From Balanoglossus misakiensis (Eukaryota; Animalia; Hemichordata), in the NCBI GenBank assembly GCA_040954595.2, contig CM082576.2, forward strand, positions 7,009,129 to 7,073,128: a stretch of 64,000 nt of DNA, written 5' to 3'. A program made the position numbers and the translations under genes. Each line of letters opens with the position of its first letter. Position 1 is the first letter of the stretch. Shown piece by piece: positions 12,501 through 24,132 of the stretch. The notes under the pieces were generated by a model, which was not told the origin of the DNA, ran no database searches, and was given only the letters and a program-made list of their open reading frames with translations.

Positions 12501-15500
12501 ACATAGGAACAAAATGCATTGCAACCAAGGTTAATCCAAGTAAACTGTTCAACAGAAATGTGGCCGTAGGGTAAATTCTTCTCATGTAATGTATTATTAA
12601 AGGATACACCGTATTACAGCGTCCTGCCGTTAATACCCACGTTCGAAGGACAGTCATTGTACATTCTGATATAAGTACATGCTATTTAGAATTTCTTAGT
12701 GGGTATGCAGCATTGGTGGGTGTTTTGGTGTTTTAAAAGACGCCCACTGATCACTCTCTCTCTCTGCAGTGTGATTTGCGTGATGTTGTGGATGTCATAG
12801 CTGTGTTATACATACTCTCTTCTCTGTGATGACGAGTGGTACATGTAATTATTCCTACACTACATGTTGCTTGACTCAAGATAGCCCTGCAGCACTCCTC
12901 TGCCTGATGTCTGTCTGTCTTTAGAATTTTTTGTCTATCTACCTGTCTCTTTCTCTGTATCACGCTCTCTCAATTACTAGATGCATAAAATCTTTCTCAC
13001 AATTGCAGAAGTAATGTGTGGAGCTGTCTATACCCTCTTGTGTTCATTCAGGCATTATAAAACGTGCAAATAAATCTGTCTATTCAGTCTGGCTGTTGCA
13101 TTTGTTACACAAGATAAATGATGAGGTAATGGTTTTATAGTTGTGTGCTGCAAGTAAGATTAACCCTATTGCCATACAGTTAGTTTCCCCTTCCTCTAAT
13201 AATGTCTAAGTTTGGTATTAAAATTTGCTTCCAGACTCTATTTAGAGAAATTTAAACTTCTAATGTGGTCACTTCAGAGAAGTCTGGGAAAGTTAATACT
13301 GCCCCCGCACAATACTACATGTCATGTGACTAAAATGATGTCATATTAAGTAGGCCACTTTTTGCTTATGTTTCAGTTCTCCAAGTTTGGTCATGTGAAA
13401 CTGGGAATCAGCAATAAATTGACTGAGGCCCAAATCACTTTCACCATAATAGCGGTTTATTCATTGCCATTTATGACCTTTGTGGTCTGGTCCTTGAAAT
13501 GGTTTATACTTGAGCCTCTTTTCCTTCCTGGGCGGATAAGTTATGTCTGGAATTGGTCCTGTGCATTGAGTTTGACTCTGGCTTTTTATGTGGAAGAGTT
13601 GTTGTCAGTCAAAACAAAGACACGGCAAATGAGCAGGAAAAGTAAAATCAAATGAATGCATGGTTGGGGGGATAGTATTGTACAGCAAACGCCTGCATTT
13701 GAATTTATATTTTTGTGTATTGTACACCTCATTCTACTGAAAGCACAGCGGGCAAAGCTATCACGTGTGTTGCTGTACATTCCCGGCTCATTCCTGCTGA
13801 TGGTTCAGTAAACTTTCAGGTGGAAATAATGGTGCTCACGGGGTTGAGGTGGCACACAGGAAACCCCAGGAAGGAGAAACCGGCAAACAGCAATCACAAC
13901 TTGACCAAAGAGGAAATCCTATTTAAATAGCGGACCTCAAATATTTACGAGTCAGTGTACTATGAACATGTATGATATTCTGCATTATTTCTTAACATAC
14001 AGTGGGTACAAACTGGATCATGTGGGTCCTAAGATGGTTTTTGTCACGGTACAGTAGCTGTGAGATACAAATGATGAGGTGACATTTAGTTGGCATTTGT
14101 TCATTGGGGACAACAGGTGCATGGCAGTTAGAAAAGCAATTTCCGTGGACACTGAAGCTTTGAACTGTGTCTTTTTTTCATTCTCCCCCGGCAGCGCATT
14201 CTCGTGTTTGCCACCTCTTTGCGGTTAAAGTCACATGTCCGTGTTTCCTCTTCTGTGAAATTCGAGTGGTTTGGATTAATTTACTGTGAAAAAAATATCT
14301 GCTGCCTGGAGAATTTTTTTCTCGGGAAATTTGACATCAAAGTGATCATGGATTTTATGTAATAAAAACTGCAAATAATCACACAACGTCTGTGGTGACT
14401 TGTGAAGGGTGAATGAATGCTCTTCTTCATCATTTACGTGTGCATTCAAGAGGAAAAGATGTGATGATAGGCGTGTGGGTTGTCCGCTGGGACCGCGACA
14501 GTTTCCGTCTCTCTCTCAAAAAAGTGCTGAACTTTAAACAGTAAGACACCCACACATTGGCAGAAGCATCTGGGTTCAAACTAATTTGACATTTAGATAA
14601 AATCAGACAGAAAGCTTGCTGTTTTGGGTGATGTGCACACATCTTCCCTGTCTTTGTCACTAGCGGCAACCGCCTCATCCCATGATTTGATTCTCAAGGA
14701 AATGAAATCAACTTCCTGTTGTGAAGTTGCAGCTTTTTTTCATTTTCGTTTTGAAAAAAACATCATTCAGAATCCCTACTTCGAAGATCTTGTAAGTCAA
14801 AGGTGTGGGTTATTAGATTCCATATGGTAATGCCGCCTGAATAATGTCCACTGAATGAATTCACTCAGTAATCCCTGTACATCCGCGGTGATATGACAGC
14901 CAGCATAAAATGAGGATTTTTGTCAAACCAGGTGGCCATAAGTTGGGAGAAGATTATCCTACTCCCCTCCACTGAGGCAGTTAGAAGATTTGGCTTCAAG
15001 ATTGGTCTCTTTTCAGTCCTACATGTATGTTTTGGACTGTGTTGTCAGTGTTACTCATGTTTGATCATTCATCTGTTTTTGTGGCTAAAACAGATTTTGC
15101 CTAAGTCATTGGTATACATGTCACGGCCTTCGGGCACCGGGATGCATTCGAATTGTGTCGTAGCTGTTAAGTGACGTTGTGTTGATTACCGGAGCCTCGT
15201 AATCATAAGTCCTCCTAATTGCGTAGAGGCTGTGACGCAAATCTGTCTGTAATACGACCGGTCGGTCGGTAGCCGTCGTGCCACGCACACAAAGAAAGCC
15301 CATGAACCGCATTAAAGCTGTACCGCATACTGCCGGTGTAAGCTGGTAGCTTTGAATAGCGCACATTTAAATGGCTTTTGTGTTCTGACTGTTACTCGCT
15401 TAGTGTTTCTGGCTCCAGTCTTTTGTATTTGGAGTTCTTTGGTATCATTGCATCACACGGCGGAAATTCAGATTTTACATAATGTACAAATAAACCAAGT

Positions 15501-18500
15501 TTGAAGGTCGGTGAACTACAGAAATGCATGCTGATAACATTCCATTTGCTGCTGAGATTAATATTTTATCGTCACTAAGTTCCATCATATTTTTAAGTAC
15601 CAAGTGTAGAGGCAAATGAGTGTATCGTGTAATATATTATTTTATGATATCCAAATTGATCTACTTTGCTGTTTCTGCTCCATTACCTATTCCAAGGTCT
15701 TCATCCATCACTAACTGTGCTGAGCTCAGGGGGTATCATACTATTTAACACCCTCCTCAGTGGTTTTTCTCATCATGTATACGTGCACACCATCTTAAAG
15801 GGTATGCCTAGTCACAGTTGCACCGTCCTAAGGTGCCCTGGTAGAATATCTGCCATGCTGAGTGGTCTCACTTTTCTGTACCATTACAAGGAGTTCCGTC
15901 CAGGCCATGTTTGGAATATTGCTGTCTCAAATAGAAGAAATGGATCCAAAATTATTTTTCTTCTGACCCGATGTGTTCTTTGACCTCCAATATTGCTGTC
16001 TGAGGCAATCAACATAGTTATGAAATATGAGAAAGTGTTTTGAAATCCCGTACCATGCAGACACAAGCATATATGTCCCATCAGAAATTATGGTGTGTTA
16101 TTACAACATTTAGGGTCATTACAGAGTCAGTGACTTTAATATTTCCATGGAAGATTCCTCCCTGGCATTGTGCCAATGTGATCCAAGACTCTCATTTCAT
16201 CCACACGTGTAGTGGCAACAAGGATTTGGCAGATCTGCAAGAAAAATACGGCCATGCAAAGAAAATTCTGGCAACAACACAGACATCAGTGTGGGTCTAG
16301 TTCCAGTTTTAATTGGAATCAGTTTGAAAGCTCAGAAGCCACTGTTGGTTCTCTGTAAAATGAGAAAAAAAAATATAAACTAGCCCACGTTCAGTCTGCA
16401 GCTTCATCGAATGACATTTTTGAGCAGACGAGAGAATAATTTAAACATATTAAAGTGACATAAATAAATCCCTAATATTTTCAACAGAGAAATACACACA
16501 CAACTATGTCATGTAAGTATAAATAAATAATCACAGTGGCCACGTGCCTTCTTGATGTCCCACTATGTTTTAGCATTTCAATGAAATGTTACATTTGATG
16601 GAAAAATCTCTCTTGAATACTATTCGACTCAAACTGAAATATCTAATGTTTTGTACATTTAACAGCTATGATGCAGATGTATATGAGAACTAAATCCTCT
16701 ACCCAGGGGAGTTGATGAATTTCTTATTTTTCCTGCTCGCTTTGTCAAGGTGATTTAAATATAAATTGATGGCCTTTGAACTTACATATGCTGCATATGG
16801 GTACGAGAGCACCCACTCTTGTTATAAATGAGAATTTAAAGGCTTTTTCTGACGTGGAACTGTCCTTCTTGTCAAGTAATATTGACCTTACTGAGTAGAT
16901 TTTCATTTGTAGCTCATTTGTCAGCATATTAGCTTTGCTGTCATGGATTCAAGATGAATAACGGGTTTTGGATTGAAACGAGAAAACATTTTGCTGTTTT
17001 TTTTATCATATACCCCTTGTAACTCATTTCCAGTAGTTCATTATAAATCAAAATCCCAGGAGGCAGTTTCAGTCTATCATTAGCGGGTGTCCCATCAGTC
17101 TTCTTAGTAAATGTTCGAAAATTCTTCCTGGCAAGATTCAGATCGTTAATTTTTTTTGGAAGCATTCCAGGGATACAGATTTAATAAAGTGTTTGGTATT
17201 GCAATCATCAAGAGACGTTCTGACAAATAAAGCATGTTTCAAGTGACTAACTCCATTACACAGACAGTCAGTATCCATGCCCTCTTGGATGCAAATCTGT
17301 GAAAATATACTGTAGCTAAGACTTACAACGGTTGGCCAACCGCATCAACCCTTTTTTATGGGGAAATCAGTCAGGCTAGATGTCTGTTGTCACATTTTGT
17401 GATCTTCTGGTTCGTTCGCTACTGTGCCGCAAGACGGTTAGCCCCTCGTCTTGTGCTGGACATCATGTCTGACCCCCCATCACAGATGTGCTTGCAATCA
17501 ACTGTGTTGCCATGGAAACCGGGTCATATATCGGGTATCCGCTGGCCACCTTGACATGTCAGTGGAGACTGCATATTCCTTTGAAATATATGGAACCGAG
17601 TATTAAGGGGCATGGTCATAGTGTTTGATGCATATATCAGATCGCATTTGTGTTTTTAGTTCCATCCTACAAAGCCATCTCTTATAGTTATACATATGTT
17701 AAGATCAGTGTGTCTTACGAAAAAAAACAGTCTCCAGTCTTCAGGGAAAATACAGGTTGTAATGTCATAGGCTAACATATTGTGTGGCCAATAGTATTGA
17801 TTTTCCTCTGCTAGAAGTCTCATCACAAGCACAGCAATATATGCGAGGGATTCTCTCCCACAACCGCAAATTGCAAGCAGTCCGTCTATCTGATCAGTTT
17901 TTATAAGTCACAATTTTATGACCTCTGTGGAGAAATTTGGCTTCCTTCCCATGCAACCTAATAGTTCTAAATTCCCGCATACCAAATTTCATTACCGACC
18001 TTCAAGTGATGAATATATTATATATAGGTTGAACATCTCAAATATTCGCTGAGTTTGCCGTGTTTAAAAATTTCAGGAATGACGGTTTATCACATTATTA
18101 AAGGAAGTATCCTTGATTTCATCCAGGGATGTTGAAGCCAGCCAAGTTCTTTATGGTATCTTTGAATTTCAAAACATCGTTTGGATGAAAATCAATATTA
18201 GTTTATTTCTAGGTTTTGTGTGTTTTTTTTGGGGGGGGGGGAGTGATGGGAAGATGCATAATCCCTTCTCTGGATCAAGCCACTTGGATTAACTGGGATT
18301 GCCTGACTGTAGTCTAATTTAAACAAATAATGATACAAAAACTTCACAATCCAGCAAAATGAATCAAATATGAAAAAAATGTAATATGGACGACTTTGTA
18401 AGTTTCTATGAGAGGAAATGCTTCAGAAAGTGCAGACTACTGAATTAAGGAATTTTCCAAATGCATGACATGCACAGGCCCTGCCCATTCATGGGAATTA

Positions 18501-21500
18501 TTCTCAATGGAATGACCTTAGAAATGTTGGAGATTAAGTCTTTTGCGATGCCTGATCCATAGTAATAGGATTTGGCTCATCAAGACATGTCAATAGAACA
18601 AAGACAGCACCTGTAGAGAATGCGAGAGAAAGAAAGAGAGAAAGACAGACTCCATGTGGTTTGGTAAAAAAAGATGGACGGTCCTTTCTTTGTAAAATAC
18701 AAAGGGTGGAAACACAGATGGTCAATGGCTCCTACTGTGCCTTTGAAAGTAGAAATGAATTGTAACGGCAAAACTGGTCGCAATTCATGCGATATACCTC
18801 CGTGATATATTTTTCATGATCTCTTTGAAATGTTTGTTGCATGCGTGTTCTCCAGCATAGTGTGTGCCAGGGAGAAAAAATATGTTGGCAGTACTCCAGA
18901 GTGCAAGAAAATTACGAGAACTGTCGGGGGAATTTTAAAGCGTGAATTTATACATCTAGTCTCTGAATGTCAGATACTTTTTCATAATATCAAAGTGTGT
19001 CTTATAATTAACTTGTCTTAGCATTCTGAAATTTAATGTATGTAGCTGGAATGCTGCAGTGGAATTGTCAGGCATCAATTTTGCTTCTGTTACTTCATTA
19101 GGAATGATTCACTTGGAAATTTGACAAATTTCTTCCATTGCAAGAAGACAGAATTTTCATAACTGTGCAATTATTAATCTGATATTTTGCAGTTGTGTCA
19201 CATCTTGTAATCATAAATTTGTATACTTTTCATAATTTACGAACACTTCTGACAGATGCCAGTTCACCTCACCCTCAAAAAAAAAAGACCCCAAAAATGT
19301 TTAATTCTTGGGACTCTATATCTCTTCAGAACGTCGTAAAATTCTGTCTGATAAAATGATACGACAGGCTGTGTTTTTTTTATGTGCACAGTGACCTTAA
19401 AAGTGAACAGTCTCTGCTTGAAAGCCTTTTCACACCGAACATCTGTGATCTAATCAGAAAATCTCAACCACGCAGGCCGCTGTCAATTTATTTCAGTAAA
19501 TTTTGAGTAAATGCACATCTTGTCAGTCCTTTGCAATGGTAATAAACAAATTATTCATTGTAATTTGAGGTGCAACAGCCCGAGCTTCCCCAGTGAAAAA
19601 TAATTTAATATAGTAAATTAAGTAGAATGCATGTAACCACGGTCACTGTGATGTAACATAGCATCAAATAATTGAAGATTTGTGCGCCTGACAGACTACA
19701 TTTATAACATTTATGCAGTTACACCTACCCTCAAATCACAGGGATTTCATCGCTGACAGTTTTATGGTGTTTTTTTCACAAGCAAGAATAATAATTCTTT
19801 TTAGCCATGGCTAGGTCCCAGACAGATTGTACTCAAAAACAAGTCTTCCCCTTCTTCCAATCAACAACATAGAATTCCCGTTCAGTAAATTCTTACATCT
19901 TGTTTATTGTCTTCGATTTGCAGGAAAAAGAGGAACCCAACATACGAGATTGCGCCATTCCAAACGGAAAACATCTCAAACGAGAATCGGCTGTCAGAAG
20001 CTAAAGATCCATCCAAGCATCATTCCTGTGAATGCGTCAAGACGTATTTCTTCATCATTCTCATCTTCATGCTGGCACTGGTGGCCCTTCTTCTGGTGGT
20101 CTTGGTCATATCCGGTACTCTTCAGACAGGTATGTTTTTCTACTATCCCATTCTGGTTGTTTTAATTATTCATAGTCCCTAAGGTCTTAAGCAGTGTGTT
20201 AATTCCAAAGATTTGATGTGTATTTTTCCTCTGGAAAGATGAAATCTGAAATTTCCCCTAACGATTGCATGAGCTCAAAATGCACTTCTGGTTATAATGT
20301 CATGTGTAAACCTGACTTGAAAAATTTGTGAGTACTTGTATGCAGCTATGCTGAAAGCGAAAAAAGTCTGATGATAGAAAAAGATGTTTTACACGTCCCT
20401 GCATTTTGTCTCGGAAGGCATTATCTGGACACATCCTGTGATGTTCTTCTTACAAGTCTTTAAATAGTTTTAAGGTCTTGTCAACATCATGAACAAAAGA
20501 ATGAGGTTTGTTTACATTCTGTATATAGCAGTAAGTAGTGTCTTGCGTACAAACTGGGTCCTGGTCAACTGTTGTACGTGTCATGTTTCCATTTGCCATC
20601 TCTGAGGAGATAAACTAGAGAGAGAGAGAGAGGGTACGACCTCTTGAAACGGTTGATTTATAGATCTTCACCACTTGTAGGTAAACACTTGGCTTGTGTC
20701 CACTTGGATTGTTAGCCAACAGTGGTAAATTTCAGCAAAACATGGATTAAAGAAAAGGGTGATTGTATGTAAAAACAGGTCGTGTCAAAACAAAGTCACA
20801 TGATGGTAGTGTCTCTGTGACCCCATCATCACCCACAATTCCCTGGGTTGTGGTCTAATCCTAGAGACAATGGGATTGATTGAGACTCAGGTCGTGGAGA
20901 CTCATCAACAGCCCACATGTACATGTAAACCATGGCAATTAGCCAGATATAAAACGTCATTTGCGGCAAAATCCTCAAAATCCACTGTTCTTTACCAGTG
21001 TCTCAAAAGCTGGTCGTGGTAGATTTGCTTTAACAGAATTCTTGCCGATGTGGCAGATTCTGCCGTACTGGGAGAGATTATCGAGTGATTTCAATTATTG
21101 ATATTTTTCATTAGATTCTGTGATCCGACGCTTCATAATGCGGGAGCTGTGTGCGTGTAGTGACGTCTCACATCTGTGAGCTGAATTCCAAATGATGCAA
21201 ACAAGAGCTGTGACACACAGCGTCTTGTATTAAACAATCTCTGCATATGTTAATCAGTACCTGAATCACTGTGGCCCACATGTCTGACCTTCAGTGCAGT
21301 GAACACAAACAGAAATAAAATTTTATTTCCTTCATTAAAAGCAGTGAACAAAGAAAATTATCAATATTTAAGTAGCTCGTATCACCTACTGGGAGTCTGA
21401 ACAACCTTGGATTTCTCCGGTCTGCAGTAACTGTTTCATTACATGTGTGCAAGCAAGCAGCAGTAGCTGAGGAAGAGCTATAGGCTTTCCTCAACGATTG

Positions 21501-24132
21501 CTGACATTACTATCATCTTGTAGAAACCATTGAGATCAAGAAATTGCCTGCAGTTATGCTTCGTGTGGGATGATGGTCATCTGATGAGAGACATTGAGTA
21601 ATCAATCTTACATTGTGTGTTGAGTTGACCTGTGCTATGATATCACAAGGTTACAGTTTATGGCTCTTAATTGCCACATATCAGTGAGAGATTAGTCTTG
21701 CGAGACTTTGCAGGCCATGATTTATTTGACTGTACTTTGTCTGACCTTTCTGTACATGTATATACACACACACACACACACACACACAAATATACACATG
21801 CACGTACATAGGTTAGGAATTGTTCTTTTGGCATCAGATAATGGTGAAGTGAAAACAAGGGAATGCATGGTATCAGTGGGGTGAACAACATATAAAGGCA
21901 GTCAATATTGTTCATGTTGCCAATTGCTTTCCATGTGATATTTATCTCAGATATCATCTTGTAAATGACAATTATTTCCCCTCAAAACACTGTTTTGTGT
22001 TTTCAAATACTGAAAGATTATTTTTTTCCTGTTTGTAATCAGGTGCCATGCCGGGACAAAGTGATTCTGTAATCGGAGACAAAACAACAGCTAAGCCAGG
22101 TCCTACATTGGATGAACTGCAGCACAGGATTGATCAGCTGGAGACTGCAAATCAAGCGCTGTTGGACAGGGTGAGTTATCAGTCAGTCAGTCAGTCAGTC
22201 AGGCAGGCAGATCTCATCATCACTTCCAATGTGTAGCGGGCATTTGCTGTTGTCTTCCATTGTTAGTCCTCACATCTCCAGTTGAAATCATCTATTTATA
22301 AATGCACTTGATTTATTTCTCTTTCAGTTTGTGGAGTTGGAACAACTGCTTGGCTCGGGGTCAGAGAATGCTACAGTCAGTGTGAGACTGGCACAGAACA
22401 CACTGAAGGTGAGCAAGAGTGTTTAACACAGGCCCTGCAGTCATCTCCAAAGCCAATCCTGTCTGTGCCGTCAAATCATGCACCATTTCTACAATTTTAG
22501 AACAAGCTCCAGTATTGGCATGATGTCAACATTTCTGTAGATTTTGAATAGATTGATACGTACCGACTGTGTGTTAAATTCCATAAGAATTTTTAAAATA
22601 TTAATACGAAGGAAAAGAAAAAATTATCAAAAAATTGTTTTGCCCATACAATGTACACATGTCTTTTTCCAACAGCAAAAATGTCATTCAAATGCATGAG
22701 TAGTGGATATAAAAGAAGAAAAGGTGAATTCACAATCTAACAATTATTCATTGGTTTTCACAGATTGAAGAACTGACCAAAAATGTAACAGAACATGACG
22801 AGGCATTGGTTTCGCTTGACAACGATGTCAGGCTGGTAACTATAATGGCACAGAATAACAAAAATAGTTTAGCCGACCTGGAAGAGAAGACGACAGCCAC
22901 TGATAACCGGGTGAGTGATACTGTAGGGGCTTTGATCATGTTGGTATATAGCACACCAGTCATGTCAATCAGTGCAGTGCATAGATTTCACCTGTAAACA
23001 AATTTTGTGAGTTCAACTTTGAACTGAAAAGCTCTCACAGTGTGCAGCAAGCATGTCAGCTGTGTCCTTTACACCTTTCAGATAAAAAAATGACCTTTTT
23101 TTGTGAAATTTTATTTCAGTTGCTGCACGTGACCTACCAAGTCGGAAATCTGACACAGCAAGTTATATCAACCGATGCCACACACACTAATCAAATCGGC
23201 GATCTTCAGGATGCTAGCAGTCAGCAAGACTCCAGGGTATGTGAAAATTGCATGTTTGTGGGAGGCGTTCTCTGACTATATTGCACTCCCATGTGAGATT
23301 ATCTGTCTTGTACCCCCCTCATTCATCTTTCCCACTTTCCACACTTTTGCAGATCACAGGGCTGGATGATCAGTTCAACAATTTCGAGGCGACCTTCACC
23401 GCAACTCTGGGGACCATGAACCAGTCCATCTACGAAGAACTGGACACCATCAGCAAGATGCCAGGCCCCAGAGGTTACAATGGTTCCCGTGGCGAGCCAG
23501 GCGAAGATGGTGTCGGAGATCTGACACAGTGTAGTTACACTCGCTACTCGGGAGGCAGTGGTTTCATCAGCACTCCTACCACAACTGCCTGGAAAGGACA
23601 AGGGGTATGTACCGTACATTGTATGACTCTGACATTGACTTCTATTGTATTGTCTTGTAAACTTATGCCAGTCTTGGCGATGTGGTATAGAATTTGGCAA
23701 TTTCACTGCGTGTTCTCGGACAGGCAATGTGGGTTACTCCACTTCTGCTACTAAAGATGCATACATGTATACATATTCTGGGGAGAAGTATGGCCGTTAG
23801 TTGTGCATGCATGCAGTGACAGTCATTGAGCAATGTCGTGTCTGTCACATGATTGTGAAGATGATTTACCCGGTATGTGTATTTGGCCCGTAGTTATGAA
23901 TAACTTGCCTCTTTATTAAAGGTACCGTAATAAAACAAATCGTTCATAATGTGTTTTTTTTCTGCAGGTTATTGCGACTGGAGTGTCATGTTCCACGGAT
24001 GGTGGAGAGACACAAAACTTAGAGCATAGAGCTTCAAGTGGATATGATGAGTATCGTTGTTCCTGTGAGGGCGGAAGCGGGAGTGGAACTCGATCTTGTT
24101 ACATGGATATGTGGAGTTGTCCCAATCTGTAG
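6550..24132 (+). CDS. Uncharacterised type II transmembrane protein (~538 aa): cytoplasmic Tyr motifs, TM helix, coiled coil, short collagen, 6-Cys C-terminal domain; architecture like class A scavenger receptors
   Basis: Exons 6550-6718, 8748-9099, 19924-20129, 22043-22170, 22328-22408, 22764-22910, 23120-23236, 23353-23604 and 23968-24132 all join in phase at GT-AG sites. TM: YFFIILIFMLALVALLLVVLVI. Heptad-like LDELQHRIDQLETANQALLDR. Collagen GPRGYNGSRGEPGEDGVG. C-terminus ...VIATGVSCSTDGG...YRCSCEGG...RSCYMDMWSCPNL*. The start could be 6550, 6562 or 6565. Confidence 0.8.
10521..10867. mobile_element. Non-autonomous DNA transposon (MITE), Kolobok-like
   Basis: TTAA on both flanks (10517-10520 and 10868-10871). 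Terminal inverted repeats AGGGGCAAAGTT...AACTTTGTCCCT match at 11/12. 347 bp, no transposase. Confidence 0.7.
17506..17519. promoter_or_regulatory. RFX X-box motif in the large intron
   Basis: GTTGCCATGGAAAC matches the X-box consensus; function untested. Confidence 0.3.
21765..21788. repeat. (CA)n microsatellite
   Basis: Directly visible. Confidence 0.9.

Noticed and set aside
13160-13296. Possible piggyBac-like MITE starting TTAACCC
   Set aside because: The right end is not a convincing inverted repeat.
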